Source of the DNA: Octopus sinensis
Taxonomy: Eukaryota
DNA: 64,000 bases
Assembly (NCBI RefSeq): GCF_006345805.1
Contig: NC_043012.1
Span: 17,236,001 to 17,300,000, forward strand
Direction of reading: 5' to 3'
Numbering within the stretch: the first letter of the stretch is position 1; the number at the start of each line of letters is the position of its first letter. A program made the position numbers and the translations under genes. Shown here piece after piece: positions 12,432 to 25,140 of this stretch. The notes beneath the pieces are model-generated. The model saw only the letters and a program-made list of their open reading frames with translations, was not told the origin of the DNA and made no database searches.

Positions 12432-12834
12432 GCCACAGCAGCAACAGCAGCAGCCGCAGCAACAGCAACAGCAGCATCAGCAGTATCAACATCACCAACA
12501 ACAACTTCAATAAGCCATTCTGATGTAGAAGCATTACTGAAATCATCATAGTGGAATAAATTATGCTAATAAGGAAGCCTCTACACGTTGGCGTGGTCTG
12601 CTAGAAATAGGAACAAAATTTCCTATAAATTATGCCACATTTTCTTTTGTTTTAACATACATCTGGATGTACCGTTAAAACATTTAGAGAATTGGAGTGT
12701 TGCGCTCGGAATGTCTTGTTCATGACTGATTTGAGGACAAACACCAGGAAATATTGTAATTTAAACACAATAGACACGACAGAAACCCCGCCTGTCATGT
12801 TATACATATAAAACGCTTCGTAACCGTGTATTAG

Positions 12835-13121
12835 AAAGTGTATTAGAACATATAAGATAAATTTATTTTAGTTAGCTTATAGCTGTGTACCTATGGTGAA
12901 TATAAATATATCTTGTTATTCTCCTAACGCCTGGAAAAATATGGAGACTATTCTGAAATGCTTCATAGATGGCTGGTTGTTTGACAGAGGGTTAACACAC
13001 TTCATCCTTCTGCTTTCGAAGAGGAACTGATAGCAATCGCTATTTAAATCAGATATAAACTAGAAGCTGGCTACAATGAAGCTATATAAAAATGCCAAGC
13101 TAATTTACATTGTCATGTATT
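12835..13121 (+). repeat. ~287-bp direct repeat, copy 2
   Basis: Matches 11361-11647. Confidence 0.92.
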
Positions 13122-13537
13122 TTTAAGCTCCACAGCAACATTGTTTGAGTGCACGTAAAAGCAAAGCTGTTCACACAGCACGGCTAGTCTGCCTTTGTTT
13201 CAGGCATAACGTACCCAGAGTTACAATTTCCCTTAGCGTACATGTCTTTTCTCTATTTTAAGCTTAGCCGGCGCTTTCACGAACTTTACTTTAAAATCGT
13301 TTGCAAAGTTTTTTTCTATGTGTTAATTCATTTTGGTAACAGAAGCAACAGGGAACTTTCCGTCGGTCAATGCTATGAACAACGTGTTGGTCTGCCAAAT
13401 GAATTCCAACGAAATTAGCGTCAACGATGATGAGAACCCCTTTCATGTAATTTTAGGGCCGATTTAGCTGGACACAAGATGACATGGCTGGACTTTTGAA
13501 TTACAGTTCCAGTTCCGTAAAAAACAAAGGGGTTATC

Positions 13538-13753
13538 TTCTCTACAAAAGGCACAGGACCTGAAGTTTTCGGGGAAGGGTCTAGTTGATCACATCGATCC
13601 CACAAGGCAGCTGGTACATACTTTATCGCCCCCCCGAAAGGAGGAAAGGAAAATTCAACCTCAAAAGATTCGGAACTTAGAACGTAAAGACGGATGAAAT
13701 GCTACCAAGCATTTCATCCGGCGTGCTAACGATTCTGCCAGCACATAGCCTTC
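13538..13753 (-). mobile_element. tRNA-derived SINE, family B (diverged)
   Basis: Aligns with 58020-58233 (ccccgaaagga-gaaagg...cttagaacgtaaagac...aagcatttc...ccggcg-gctaa). Confidence 0.8.
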
Positions 13754-14330
13754 TCAAGTCGCTAATAATAAAATAATGATGATAATGATAATACCAGTAC
13801 TACTACAGATAATAATGAATTCCATAACTGTGCGATTCTTATTTATCGAACGCTAAAACATGCGAAAAAAAAAAAGCAAAGGAGAGATTTTAGCTGAAAA
13901 CAGAGAGAACCAAAATAAATATTATAAAGCGCTCCATTTGACGCTTTGATAATTCGCCATCTTAGTTACAGTGATGACGATAAGGAAGAAGCTAAGATCT
14001 TTAAGGCTTGCCATAACGGTAATATTTTCTTTGAGGAATTCTAACAGTACTGCCCCTATTGTTAGAAACTTTTGATTTATGGAATCCCACAACTTGTTAT
14101 GTTATGTCTGAGGAAATAGCTGCCGCTTCTTTTAAACTAGGATCTGCATATCAATCAGCTTTTTACGAGTAATACTACTAATCTGCTAACAAAGAGGCAC
14201 ATCTGCAGTATATGCATATACGTAAATGTTTGTATCTATGCATAAAAAAGCACACACACACACGCGCACAAAAACACAGGCACACATACACACATATATA
14301 TATATATAATTATATATATATATATGTATG

Positions 14331-14344
<14 letters not shown>

Positions 14345-14382
<38 letters not shown>

Positions 14383-16082
14383 GTAATAGAGAGAATAGGG
14401 AGCAAGAGACAGGAACTAAATTAAAAAATGTTTACAACTTAACTATCATTTTCCCTACTGTTATAATCCTAGGTGAAAAAGTAAATGTTGCCAATGGCAA
14501 CATAAATCAAAAATAAGCAAAATTACCCAGTTGTAGTAGGTATAGAAATAGTATAGTATTTTTCTATTTAGGTGTCCTATGTAGATAAATATCATGACCT
14601 ATTTTGAGGCGGTTGGTATTTCTTGATAAATGTATTTTATTTATTCATCCATATTTGACCGGTATCATTGACAGTATAACAGAACTTGATATTTTGGGAA
14701 TAAATTTACAACACATAATTCCCAATATATATTAACGAGTATTTGTCTTGTACTGGAATCTACTTGTTGACGATGAATATTCATACGATTTCCTTAAACT
14801 AAGTAAACTTTTTCTTATGTAATCTTCATAAGCATCAAGCTGCCCGGTAAATTGTACATGGATCTTGTCAGAAGGAAACCATGCAAAAGCCTGCGGCACA
14901 CATACGTACATTCGTACACACAGGCACTAATATTTGTGAATGTGTGTGTGTGTGTGTCTGTCTTTGTGCGTGCGATTATCTCCATGTAAAAGAACATTTT
15001 GCTTATGTTGTGCTTATCTATGTTTCGCAAGTTAGTAGATAAAAAGAAATAATGAATAAAGCGTCAAGCTGAAGTAAGTATTGAAGATATAAGATAGTTT
15101 AAATCTTTTAATCCGCTACCCCAGCATGAATACACGTTTGAATGAAACCGGTAAAAGATTAATGAAATAAAAGAGTATCAACGCCATAAGCTCAGAAAAC
15201 TCATTTGACCAATATTTACAATTGCTTATCTTTTTCATTCAGAGTTGAAAAACGAATTATTTCAGAGAAAATTTCCTAGAAGTTATCGTATTTATTATTG
15301 AGAGACAAACAATTGAAGCACATCTTAGAAAGTATCGTATGCAGAGAAGCTGATTACTGGAAACTGCTGCCATCCCGCATTTGCAATGGATTGTTCATGT
15401 TCTTGCACTCGCTAAAACAAATGTAGTTTAATTCTGTTTCAGCTGAACTGTAGCCGAATGACACTGATTCACAGGACGGTGCTTATGAAAATAACATGAG
15501 GCAACAGAACATCTGAATAATTTAAATGAGCCATTAATAGAGGACGGAAGTGGTAGCAGCGCACATGGCATTTTTAAATAGGGACCACTGAAACTGGTCC
15601 TCAACAATGTACAATCTTTGTTGTACTGTGGGGACTCGTATGCCTTAATGATTCAAAGAGCTATGCTAACAGAGTGCAAGCTCTTGGTATGGCGTCTCAT
15701 GTTTGACGGATCAAATAACCTCTATGGATCAGCTTTCTTTGAGATCAACATGGACTTTCGTAGGGCCAACACCCCCATCTAGAAAAAAAAAAGAAAAAAT
15801 GTTACAGAAGTTGAGGACTATTCAGAACCAATTAGATACGGGAGAGGAAGTTCTTCCCTCGGGTAAACATTTGACGTGGTGAAGCAAAATCTGAAAGGAA
15901 GCTCCAAACACAAAATAATGCCGAGATCCAACTCTGAGTGAAGAACAGTGAAGATAAATCGTCGACTGTCAATTCTCCATCGTTAACGAAGAACTATGTA
16001 AGGATGTATGTCTAAAAGTAATCATGTGAGTGAGGGAGGAAAAACTTCAACTCTAACTCTTCCTTTTCCCCTGTATATATAT

Positions 16083-16097
<15 letters not shown>
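14345..16097 (+). repeat. 1753-bp tandem duplication, unit 1
   Basis: ggtaatagagag at 14382 and 16135, ttttcccctg ending 16073 and 17826: constant offset 1753. The identical 71-aa ORF is listed twice. Confidence 0.97.
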
Positions 16098-16135
<38 letters not shown>

Positions 16136-17823
16136 GTAATAGAGAGAATAGGGAGCAAGAGACAGGAACTAAATTAAAAAATGTTTACAACTTAACTATC
16201 ATTTTCCCTACTGTTATAATCCTAGGTGAAAAAGTAAATGTTGCCAATGGCAACATAAATAAAAAATAAGCAAAATTACCCAGTTGTAGTAGGTATAGAA
16301 ATAGTATAGTATTTTTCTATTTAGGTGTCCTATGTAGATAAATATCATGACCTATTTTGAGGCGGTTGGTATTTCTTGATAAATGTATTTTATTTATTCA
16401 TCCATATTTGACCGGTATCATTGACAGTATAACAGAACTTGATATTTTGGGAATAAATTTACAACACATAATTCCCAATATATATTAACGAGTATTTGTC
16501 TTGTACTGGAATCTACTTGTTGACGATGAATATTCATACGATTTCCTTAAACTAAGTAAACTTTTTCTTATGTAATCTTCATAAGCATCAAGCTGCCCGG
16601 TAAATTGTACATGGATCTTGTCAGAAGGAAACCATGCAAAAGCCTGCGGCACACATACGTACATTCGTACACACAGGCACTAATATTTGTGAATGTGTGT
16701 GTGTGTGTGTCTGTCTTTGTGCGTGCGATTATCTCCATGTAAAAGAACATTTTGCTTATGTTGTGCTTATCTATGTTTCGCAAGTTAGTAGATAAAAAGA
16801 AATAATGAATAAAGCGTCAAGCTGAAGTAAGTATTGAAGATATAAGATAGTTTAAATCTTTTAATCCGCTACCCCAGCATGAATACACGTTTGAATGAAA
16901 CCGGTAAAAGATTAATGAAATAAAAGAGTATCAACGCCATAAGCTCAGAAAACTCATTTGACCAATATTTACAATTGCTTATCTTTTTCATTCAGAGTTG
17001 AAAAACGAATTATTTCAGAGAAAATTTCCTAGAAGTTATCGTATTTATTATTGAGAGACAAACAATTGAAGCACATCTTAGAAAGTATCGTATGCAGAGA
17101 AGCTGATTACTGGAAACTGCTGCCATCCCGCATTTGCAATGGATTGTTCATGTTCTTGCACTCGCTAAAACAAATGTAGTTTAATTCTGTTTCAGCTGAA
17201 CTGTAGCCGAATGACACTGATTCACAGGACGGTGCTTATGAAAATAACATGAGGCAACAGAACATCTGAATAATTTAAATGAGCCATTAATAGAGGACGG
17301 AAGTGGTAGCAGCGCACATGGCATTTTTAAATAGGGACCACTGAAACTGGTCCTCAACAATGTACAATCTTTGTTGTACTGTGGGGACTCGTATGCCTTA
17401 ATGATTCAAAGAGCTATGCTAACAGAGTGCAAGCTCTTGGTATGGCGTCTCATGTTTGACGGATCAAATAACCTCTATGGATCAGCTTTCTTTGAGATCA
17501 ACATGGACTTTCGTAGGGCCAACACCCCCATCTAGAAAAAAAAAAGAAAAAATGTTACAGAAGTTGAGGACTATTCAGAACCAATTAGATACGGGAGAGG
17601 AAGTTCTTCCCTCGGGTAAACATTTGACGTGGTGAAGCAAAATCTGAAAGGAAGCTCCAAACACAAAATAATGCCGAGATCCAACTCTGAGTGAAGAACA
17701 GTGAAGATAAATCGTCGACTGTCAATTCTCCATCGTTAACGAAGAACTATGTAAGGATGTATGTCTAAAAGTAATCATGTGAGTGAGGGAGGAAAAACTT
17801 CAACTCTAACTCTTCCTTTTCCC

Positions 17824-17850
<27 letters not shown>
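16098..17850 (+). repeat. 1753-bp tandem duplication, unit 2
   Basis: Near-identical to unit 1; junctions lie in (TA)n. Confidence 0.97.
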
Positions 17851-17868
<18 letters not shown>

Positions 17869-17962
17869 AACCAAGTGTGAAATTAATTAATTAAGAAGTA
17901 ATCAGTAATTTCACCAAGTAGAATTCGCATGAAAAGGACTATTTCATGGTAAGTTTAAGTAA

Positions 17963-18095
17963 TACTATATAATTAGGGTTCAGCAAGATATGCTTCACCT
18001 TTAAAGTAGAAGGAATAGCTAAGATTTTTTGACTGCTATTTCTAAACTTCGGTATGTGGTGAAGCATATCGTTGCTGAACCCTAATTATATAGTA
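17963..18095. repeat. Inverted repeat, ~37-bp arms with ~58-bp spacer
   Basis: tactatataattagggttcagcaa-gatatgcttcacc pairs with ggtgaagcatatcgttgctgaaccctaattatatagta. Confidence 0.9.
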
Positions 18096-18276
18096 ATCAT
18101 GTGAGCAATCATTGAAAAGTGTTTTGTGCATTTTGATGTTGACATAAGTTCCTTGCTTTTCCTGATGAGAAAGTGGCACTATGTACTCCTTATTCCTTCG
18201 CAATTAGGAATATGCAGCCTTCGAAACATATGTCGAAAATAAAGGAATTTTGTTAATTCGTCGTTCAGCTCCATTC

Positions 18277-18327
<51 letters not shown>

Positions 18328-18367
18328 ATATATATAGATATATATATATATACAGAGAGCGAGAGAG

Positions 18368-18409
<42 letters not shown>

Positions 18410-18439
18410 GCATAGTCACAATGTGCTCTCACACAGTTT

Positions 18440-18582
18440 CTGTCTACTAAATTTATTGACAAGTAAGTGGTCAAGATCGGTCTATACGAAAAGACACTCA
18501 CCTCTGATGCCGCGCAGTGGAACTGAACCCGAAACCACACTGTTACAAAGGGACGCTCTCAACCATACACCCACGGCTGCAC
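18440..18582 (-). mobile_element. Family A-like SINE head, diverged
   Basis: gatgccgcgcagtggaactgaacccgaaaccacac resembles gatgccacgcagtgggactgaacccggaacc at 54090-54120. Confidence 0.65.
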
Positions 18583-18839
18583 CTGCAAGATTTGACTGGT
18601 CTAATAAGCTGTCGTCACTATACTTGTAAAAGAAAGAGAGGAGTGAAACGACATAGACTGGAGTGTGTTGTCGAGTGACTTAATCCCAATCTGATGAGTG
18701 GAGATCCCTATGCCCAGCCGCAGCACTGTTCAAGACGTTTGGGAATTGTAGTCCATTGAGGATCTCATCTGAACTCTATAAAGTAAAAAAATTGCTGGGA
18801 GCTGGTGCATTTTGTGGATGTAACCAAAAAGACTGATGC

Positions 18840-19280
18840 AAATATGCGGTGATATACATCTGGAAAATCCTGGAGGGTCTTGTCCCAAACTTTGGCATTC
18901 AAAGTTACCCCAACCGCAGAACGGGGCGCCACTGCATGGTGCCAAGGATTCCAACATCACCATCAAAATACAGGTCCAGATACTGCAACAACTTGGGTTT
19001 CAGAGGACCACAGCTCTTTAACATCCTCCCTAAATGCCTGAGAGACTTACATGGTGTGAATGTGGGTTTCTTTAAAACTAAACTGGATCTCTTCTTGTCG
19101 GGAGTCCCAGATGAACCTACCTCACGACAGGAGACGCGGATGCGGGCAGCAGCATCGAACTCCCCTTGTTGATCAAGTGCCACGTATCAGAAGTGGATTC
19201 ACAAATTAGTGTAGCTCATTCAGCGGTGGTGCCCCAGCATGGCCGCGGCCTTCGGGCTAAAACATTTTTAAGGATTTAAC
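18840..19280 (+). mobile_element. 5'-truncated CR1/L2-group (Jockey-superclade) LINE, ORF2 C-terminus plus 3' UTR
   Basis: YAVIYIWKILEGLVPNFGI...FRGPQLFNILPKCLRDLHGVNVGFFKTKLDLFLSGVPDEP is the typical ORF2 C-terminal signature of this group. Confidence 0.8.
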
Positions 19281-19913
19281 AAAAAAGATGCTGATTTTTC
19301 GAGTTGGAAATGTGAGATCTCTAAAAAAAAAAATCCCAGTGGAATTGAGAAACTTCCCACTTTTAGCGTCTTCAGATGTTCTAAACACACTTTGTTTATG
19401 TTTAGGCCGAGGTAAACTATAGTTTTCTTGATATCTTTAGCGATTGTGAGTTTGTACTATTGATGAAGATAAGATTGGCGCAGCCGAATTGACAGTTTAT
19501 ATGAAATATAACATTGAAATATTCATAGACGAAAAACAAATGTTTTGAGGTCACAGGTCAATGTTCAGCCATAAGGCAAGTCTTTCGAAATTTGACCCAA
19601 ATAACCAATTTATCATGAAATTGTTTGAGGGAAAAACAGAATAGTTGGCCTTTAACGTTTCTATGTGAAATAACATTATACCTGTACACAGCGAACGCTC
19701 ACACATATTTTCCTCGTACGTTGATACATTCATGCATGCATGTATACATGCATACGCACATAAACAGATGGACACACATACACACACACATAAACACACG
19801 CTCGCACACATACACACACATATATTCCTATATATATATATATCTGTGTGTGCGCGTTGGCTTATATCAGTATAGATGTGCATATACATATATGTATATA
19901 TATATATATATAT

Positions 19914-19972
<59 letters not shown>

Positions 19973-20280
19973 CACACACATATAAGTATATATACACTGA
20001 CACATGCACACACACATATTGTAGAATAATAAAAAGTAAGTTCTTGGTACAATATATATATTTGAAAAAATGAGTACTATTGTGAGGATCATTTTTTATT
20101 TTAATCTTAATGATAATGTTCACAGTTTACAGCATAAGTATGTTATATCTCGGGGGTTCTTGTCCCTTAATCAGCACCCATGTAATCTCCGAAATACGAC
20201 ATATAACTCAGTGTAAACATTATCATTAAGATTAAATAAAAAAAATATCCCGCAAGAAATCCATCTGTACTCATTTTTTC

Positions 20281-20320
<40 letters not shown>

Positions 20321-20537
20321 ATCTCTCGCTGTCCATCTCTCGCTGACGAGAGGTCAATACTCGAAACTCGAGTCCGTGTGTATCATAAGTTGAAGACGGA
20401 AGGATGACTTCCCTTTGCAAATACTGACAGACACAGATAGTGTGTCTATGGCAGCTGGAGGAGTGTGTCCTCCTGGGGCTAAAAATACAGTAGCATCCAC
20501 CCTTAGGGGTTAGCCATATTGAAATGGCAAAAATACG

Positions 20538-20581
<44 letters not shown>

Positions 20582-21238
20582 TATATATATAATTTAACAA
20601 TTAAGGATAACTTCTTAATAAGGAATCTTAACAAGAAATCATCAGGTAGTTAGCGTGAAAAACCTCATAAGAGAAAAAATTCGAAAATAATTTTTTCACT
20701 TGAAAATATTAATTTATATTGTATAGAGGGCATTATTACACATAAATGCCCTCTATACGATATATATATATACATATAATGTATGGTAGATGAGTTCAGT
20801 AAAACTTTAGATTGAGATGAATATGGTACTTAAGTTGAGGCACCAGAATTTGGTACGGTATTATCCATACAATTTTAAAGGAAGGTGATTAAAATAAAAT
20901 TAAGCGACAAGGATATCTAGAGGTAATGCAGTACGATCGTCTCCTGTAACTCCATTTAATTGAACAATGCAATCATTACATCAATTTAAAATGTAGGGCA
21001 ACAATCAGCTGCGCAAAGACATAGAATTTAATTAAATTAGAACAGATGGACACATTAGTATAATTATACCTAAAATCTCCAAGAAGTTAAGGAGATAGAC
21101 GAAGAACATTTTGGTTGTACCCACAACAGCATATTCGTAACTCAAATTTTCAATAAGACAACATGTATGTGTGTATATATATATATATATATCTATATAT
21201 ATATAATATATATATATATAAATATATATATATATAAA

Positions 21239-21333
<95 letters not shown>

Positions 21334-21360
21334 ATTATAATATATATATATATATATATG

Positions 21361-21416
<56 letters not shown>

Positions 21417-21424
21417 ATTTCTTT

Positions 21425-21516
21425 TCTACTCTAGGCACAAGGCCCGAAATTTTTGGTGAGGGGGCCAGTCGATTGGATCGACCCCATTACGTAACTGGCA
21501 CTTAATTTATCGACCC
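21425..21516 (-). mobile_element. Family B SINE, 3' fragment
   Basis: ctaggcacaaggcccgaaattt...cgtaactggcacttaatttatcgaccc matches 58030-58113. Confidence 0.8.
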
Positions 21517-21524
21517 TCTCTAGA

Positions 21525-21685
21525 GCCCCAGATAAACCTACCTCGCGGGAAGCAGTGCAAATGAGGGTAGCTACATCAAACTCCCTTATTCACCAAATGC
21601 CGCATATTACAGGAGGCTCCCAATAATAACAGTGTAGCAAAACGGCGGTGCAATAGCACGGCCGCAGCTCTGAGCTGAAAGTACA
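21525..21685 (+). mobile_element. Second, diverged 3' end of the same CR1/L2-group LINE
   Basis: APDKPTSREAVQMRVATSNSL versus VPDEPTSRQETRMRAAASNS at 19100-19165; same tail motif cggcggtgc..agca-ggccgc. Confidence 0.75.
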
Positions 21686-21693
21686 ATATATAC

Positions 21694-21726
<33 letters not shown>

Positions 21727-22152
21727 CATCAGCATCGCTGTCCATCCAGCAGTTTATAGTATGCTTCTATGCTTGATATGACTGTTTGTATGAACGAGTA
21801 AATGTGTGTGTCTGAGTGAATTTCTCTATAAAAAGAACTGTAATTGTACACAGTAGTAAAAGATATTGAAAAGAATTTAAAAGATGCATTCATTACGGTG
21901 AATACAATACTTTCGCATTAAGTTCTCAAATATCTCCTCCTGTTCTTACTATAAGATATTGCACTTTAGCATTCAGACTGACTCTGAGAACTTCAAAACA
22001 TCTTGCTCTACCAACCTCAACCTCTCTCTATCTTCTATCATATATATATATATATATGCTGTTCTCGATAGGACTCCCACAGTCTGTTGGGATATAAAGT
22101 TTACAATTCGGTGCTGTTACTGCATATCTCTCGCTTAGAGATTTAAAATAAT

Positions 22153-22223
<71 letters not shown>

Positions 22224-22432
22224 GTACACGCACACACAAATACATATAGGTTTAAAATGCAGCGTTCCAGAAAGCTGTAGTTCAATGATAGAAAAAAGTG
22301 AACAGCTTTCTACATATACATGCGCGTAGGCTCGAAACGTAAAATACTTTTTTCTATTACTGAGCGTTATACTAATACATCTGTTTGTTTTGTACACCAC
22401 CTGTCTTCGTCTTTTGTTTTTTCGTAAACTCT

Positions 22433-22481
<49 letters not shown>

Positions 22482-22533
22482 GGTGTGTGTGTGTGTGTGT
22501 GCATGTATGTGTCTATACATACACACATACATA

Positions 22534-22566
<33 letters not shown>

Positions 22567-22604
22567 GTATAGGATTGGTGAGACAAACTTATAAATAAAA
22601 CTCT

Positions 22605-22656
<52 letters not shown>

Positions 22657-22726
22657 CACACATACACACATATGTGCATATATATATATTATACGTATAA
22701 TAATGATAGTAATGATGATAATAGTT

Positions 22727-23350
22727 GCCCATATCACGAACGAATGCTCTGGATTTGCCCCAAACCACTACAGGTTGTGGCGACATGATCAAGTAGCAAA
22801 AGTTCTCCAGTGGTGTGAAAATGGGTGTTAAAGAGTGGCAAGACGTGGTATGAGCACAGACAGCAGGGACTGGCAGAGTCAGAGACTAGCAAAATCCTCT
22901 GGGATTTCCCAAATGCAAACAGATCGGGTGCTAGAGCCTAGCAGCCCGGACCAAATGGTGGTGAACAAGGCGCACCACATATGCTACATAGTTGATGTTG
23001 CATGTGCCTTTGACCCACGAATAGTCAAGAAGGAAAGCGAAAAGTAGATAGATACAACCCTTTTAAGTACGAAATAGCCCGCCTATGGAAAATGAAGGAA
23101 GTGAAGATAGTACCAATTATTATTGGGTCTTTGGGAACAGTGTCAGAAGGCATGAAGGGGAATATAAAGGAAATTGGAATAGAGTGCCTAGTAGAACTGC
23201 TACAGAAGGTTTGCCTCCTTGGCAAGGCCACAATAATCAGGAAAGTATACACGAAAAGAATGGATAGCATGGTACCGTAGACTGCAGGTAGTAATCCCGC
23301 TATGCATGTCAGAATCGAGGAGCTCCAACACAACCTGTGATAAAGAGAAA
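22727..23350 (+). mobile_element. 5'-truncated R4/Dong-type non-LTR retrotransposon (restriction-like endonuclease domain), frameshifted
   Basis: HITNEC...WRHDQVAKVLQW (zinc-knuckle end plus RHD), WYEH, KILWDF-QTDR, PDQMVVNK..CYIVDVACAFD, KKESEK..RY, IARLWKM..V.IVPIIIGSLG. Flanked by TAA-type repeats. Confidence 0.88.
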
Positions 23351-23394
23351 TAATAATGATAAAAGTAATAATAATAGTTTTTATTTATTTATTT

Positions 23395-23541
23395 ATTTAT
23401 TTTTATTGCCCACAAGGGGCTGAAAATAGAGGGGACAAACAAGAACAGACAAAGGGATTAAGTCGATTGCATCGACCCCAGTGCGTAACTGGTACTTAGT
23501 TTATCGACCCCGAAAGGATGAAAGGCAAAGTCGACCTCGGC
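23395..23541 (-). mobile_element. Family B SINE fragment lacking the head, copy 1 of a tandem unit
   Basis: gtaactggtactta-tttatcgaccccgaaaggatgaaaggcaaagtcgacctcggcg matches 58090-58145. Confidence 0.85.
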
Positions 23542-23628
23542 GATGATGATGATGGTGATGAGGATGATGATGAGGATGATAATGATGATGAAGATGATAA
23601 TGATGATGAAGAAGAGGTTGATGATGAT

Positions 23629-23661
<33 letters not shown>

Positions 23662-23715
23662 AATAATAATAATAATATAATAATAATAATAATAATTTTA
23701 TTTATTTATTCATTT

Positions 23716-23859
23716 ATTTTTATTGACCCACAAGGGGCTGAACATAGAGGGGACAAACAAGAACAGACAAAGGGATTAAGTCGATTACATCGACCCCAGT
23801 GCATAACTGGTACTTAATTTATCGAACCCGAAATAATGAAAGGCAAAATCGACCTCGGC

Positions 23860-23860
<1 letters not shown>
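23716..23860 (-). mobile_element. Family B SINE fragment, copy 2 of the tandem unit
   Basis: Matches 23395-23541 with the same breakpoint before (GAT)n. Confidence 0.85.
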
Positions 23861-23898
<38 letters not shown>

Positions 23899-23928
23899 AA
23901 AAACAACAACAACAACAACAACAACAAC

Positions 23929-23976
<48 letters not shown>

Positions 23977-24108
23977 TTTATTTATAGTCGGCAGAAGTAA
24001 GAGAGTGATTCACAGACCGAGAGTTTTGTGCATTGCTAACTGGCTATGCACGTAACTGGAGGGTCTTGAGCCTCTCCGTTATTTTCGCCACGCCAGTTGC
24101 ATCGTATA

Positions 24109-24149
<41 letters not shown>

Positions 24150-24689
24150 TTGTGTACAAGTGTGTACGTACGCCGCTATATGTATATATAAATATAAAAA
24201 ATGGAACAAAAATGCAATAGAGGACAATAAAACATTCGCACAGAAAGACGATGCAAAGGCGGACAGGAGAAACAGCAATGATAATGACAGGGTAAAAAAG
24301 ACGGGTCATTCGTGGCCTCTTTTCCTCAGTCAAGTTACCAGATGTCCTTACCGTTTCGGGCAGTTACACTTGAGGCAGTTCGATCTGGTTGCCTTTGATA
24401 AAGTCTAAGCCAAGAGCATTAGATTTTTTCTAAGAAACCTAGCGAATGTGTACAGCAACAAAGAAAAAAGCGGACAACATAGTACACAATTACAAATACA
24501 AACAACAAGAATAAACCAACAGGTGCCTTTCGACTGAGAACTAATCAAATTGAGCTGGCGTGTATGAAGTGAAAGCCTAAAGGCAGGAACATAGTAAACG
24601 GACAGAAGAGGTGTTGGCGGTCGGCAGTCAGGCCGAGAGAGAAAGATCATGGCTGTCTGAACACCGTTCACGTGGCAGGATGCATGCGT

Positions 24690-24690
24690 G

Positions 24691-24737
<47 letters not shown>

Positions 24738-24787
24738 ATATACATATATACACATACATATATGCATACATATAATTATATATGTAC

Positions 24788-24842
<55 letters not shown>

Positions 24843-24868
24843 ATATTATATATATATATGTATAAATT

Positions 24869-24900
<32 letters not shown>

Positions 24901-25053
24901 AATATATACATACATAGACATTCTGACAGACGTACATACATACGCACACATATATAAATATTTTCCTGCTTGGCTGTTTGCCTGCACACATATTTCGAAG
25001 AAAATATATTTTTGTAAATGGAGATGTTGAACTCCGAATTTTTGTGATATATA

Positions 25054-25140
<87 letters not shown>

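Noticed and set aside
11361-13121. LTR retrotransposon or TRIM
   Set aside because: No TSD, no PBS/PPT seen, no coding remnants, and repeat boundaries do not coincide with TG...CA.
18640-18720. GAAAC...CTGATGAG as a type II hammerhead
   Set aside because: Stems II and III do not pair properly.
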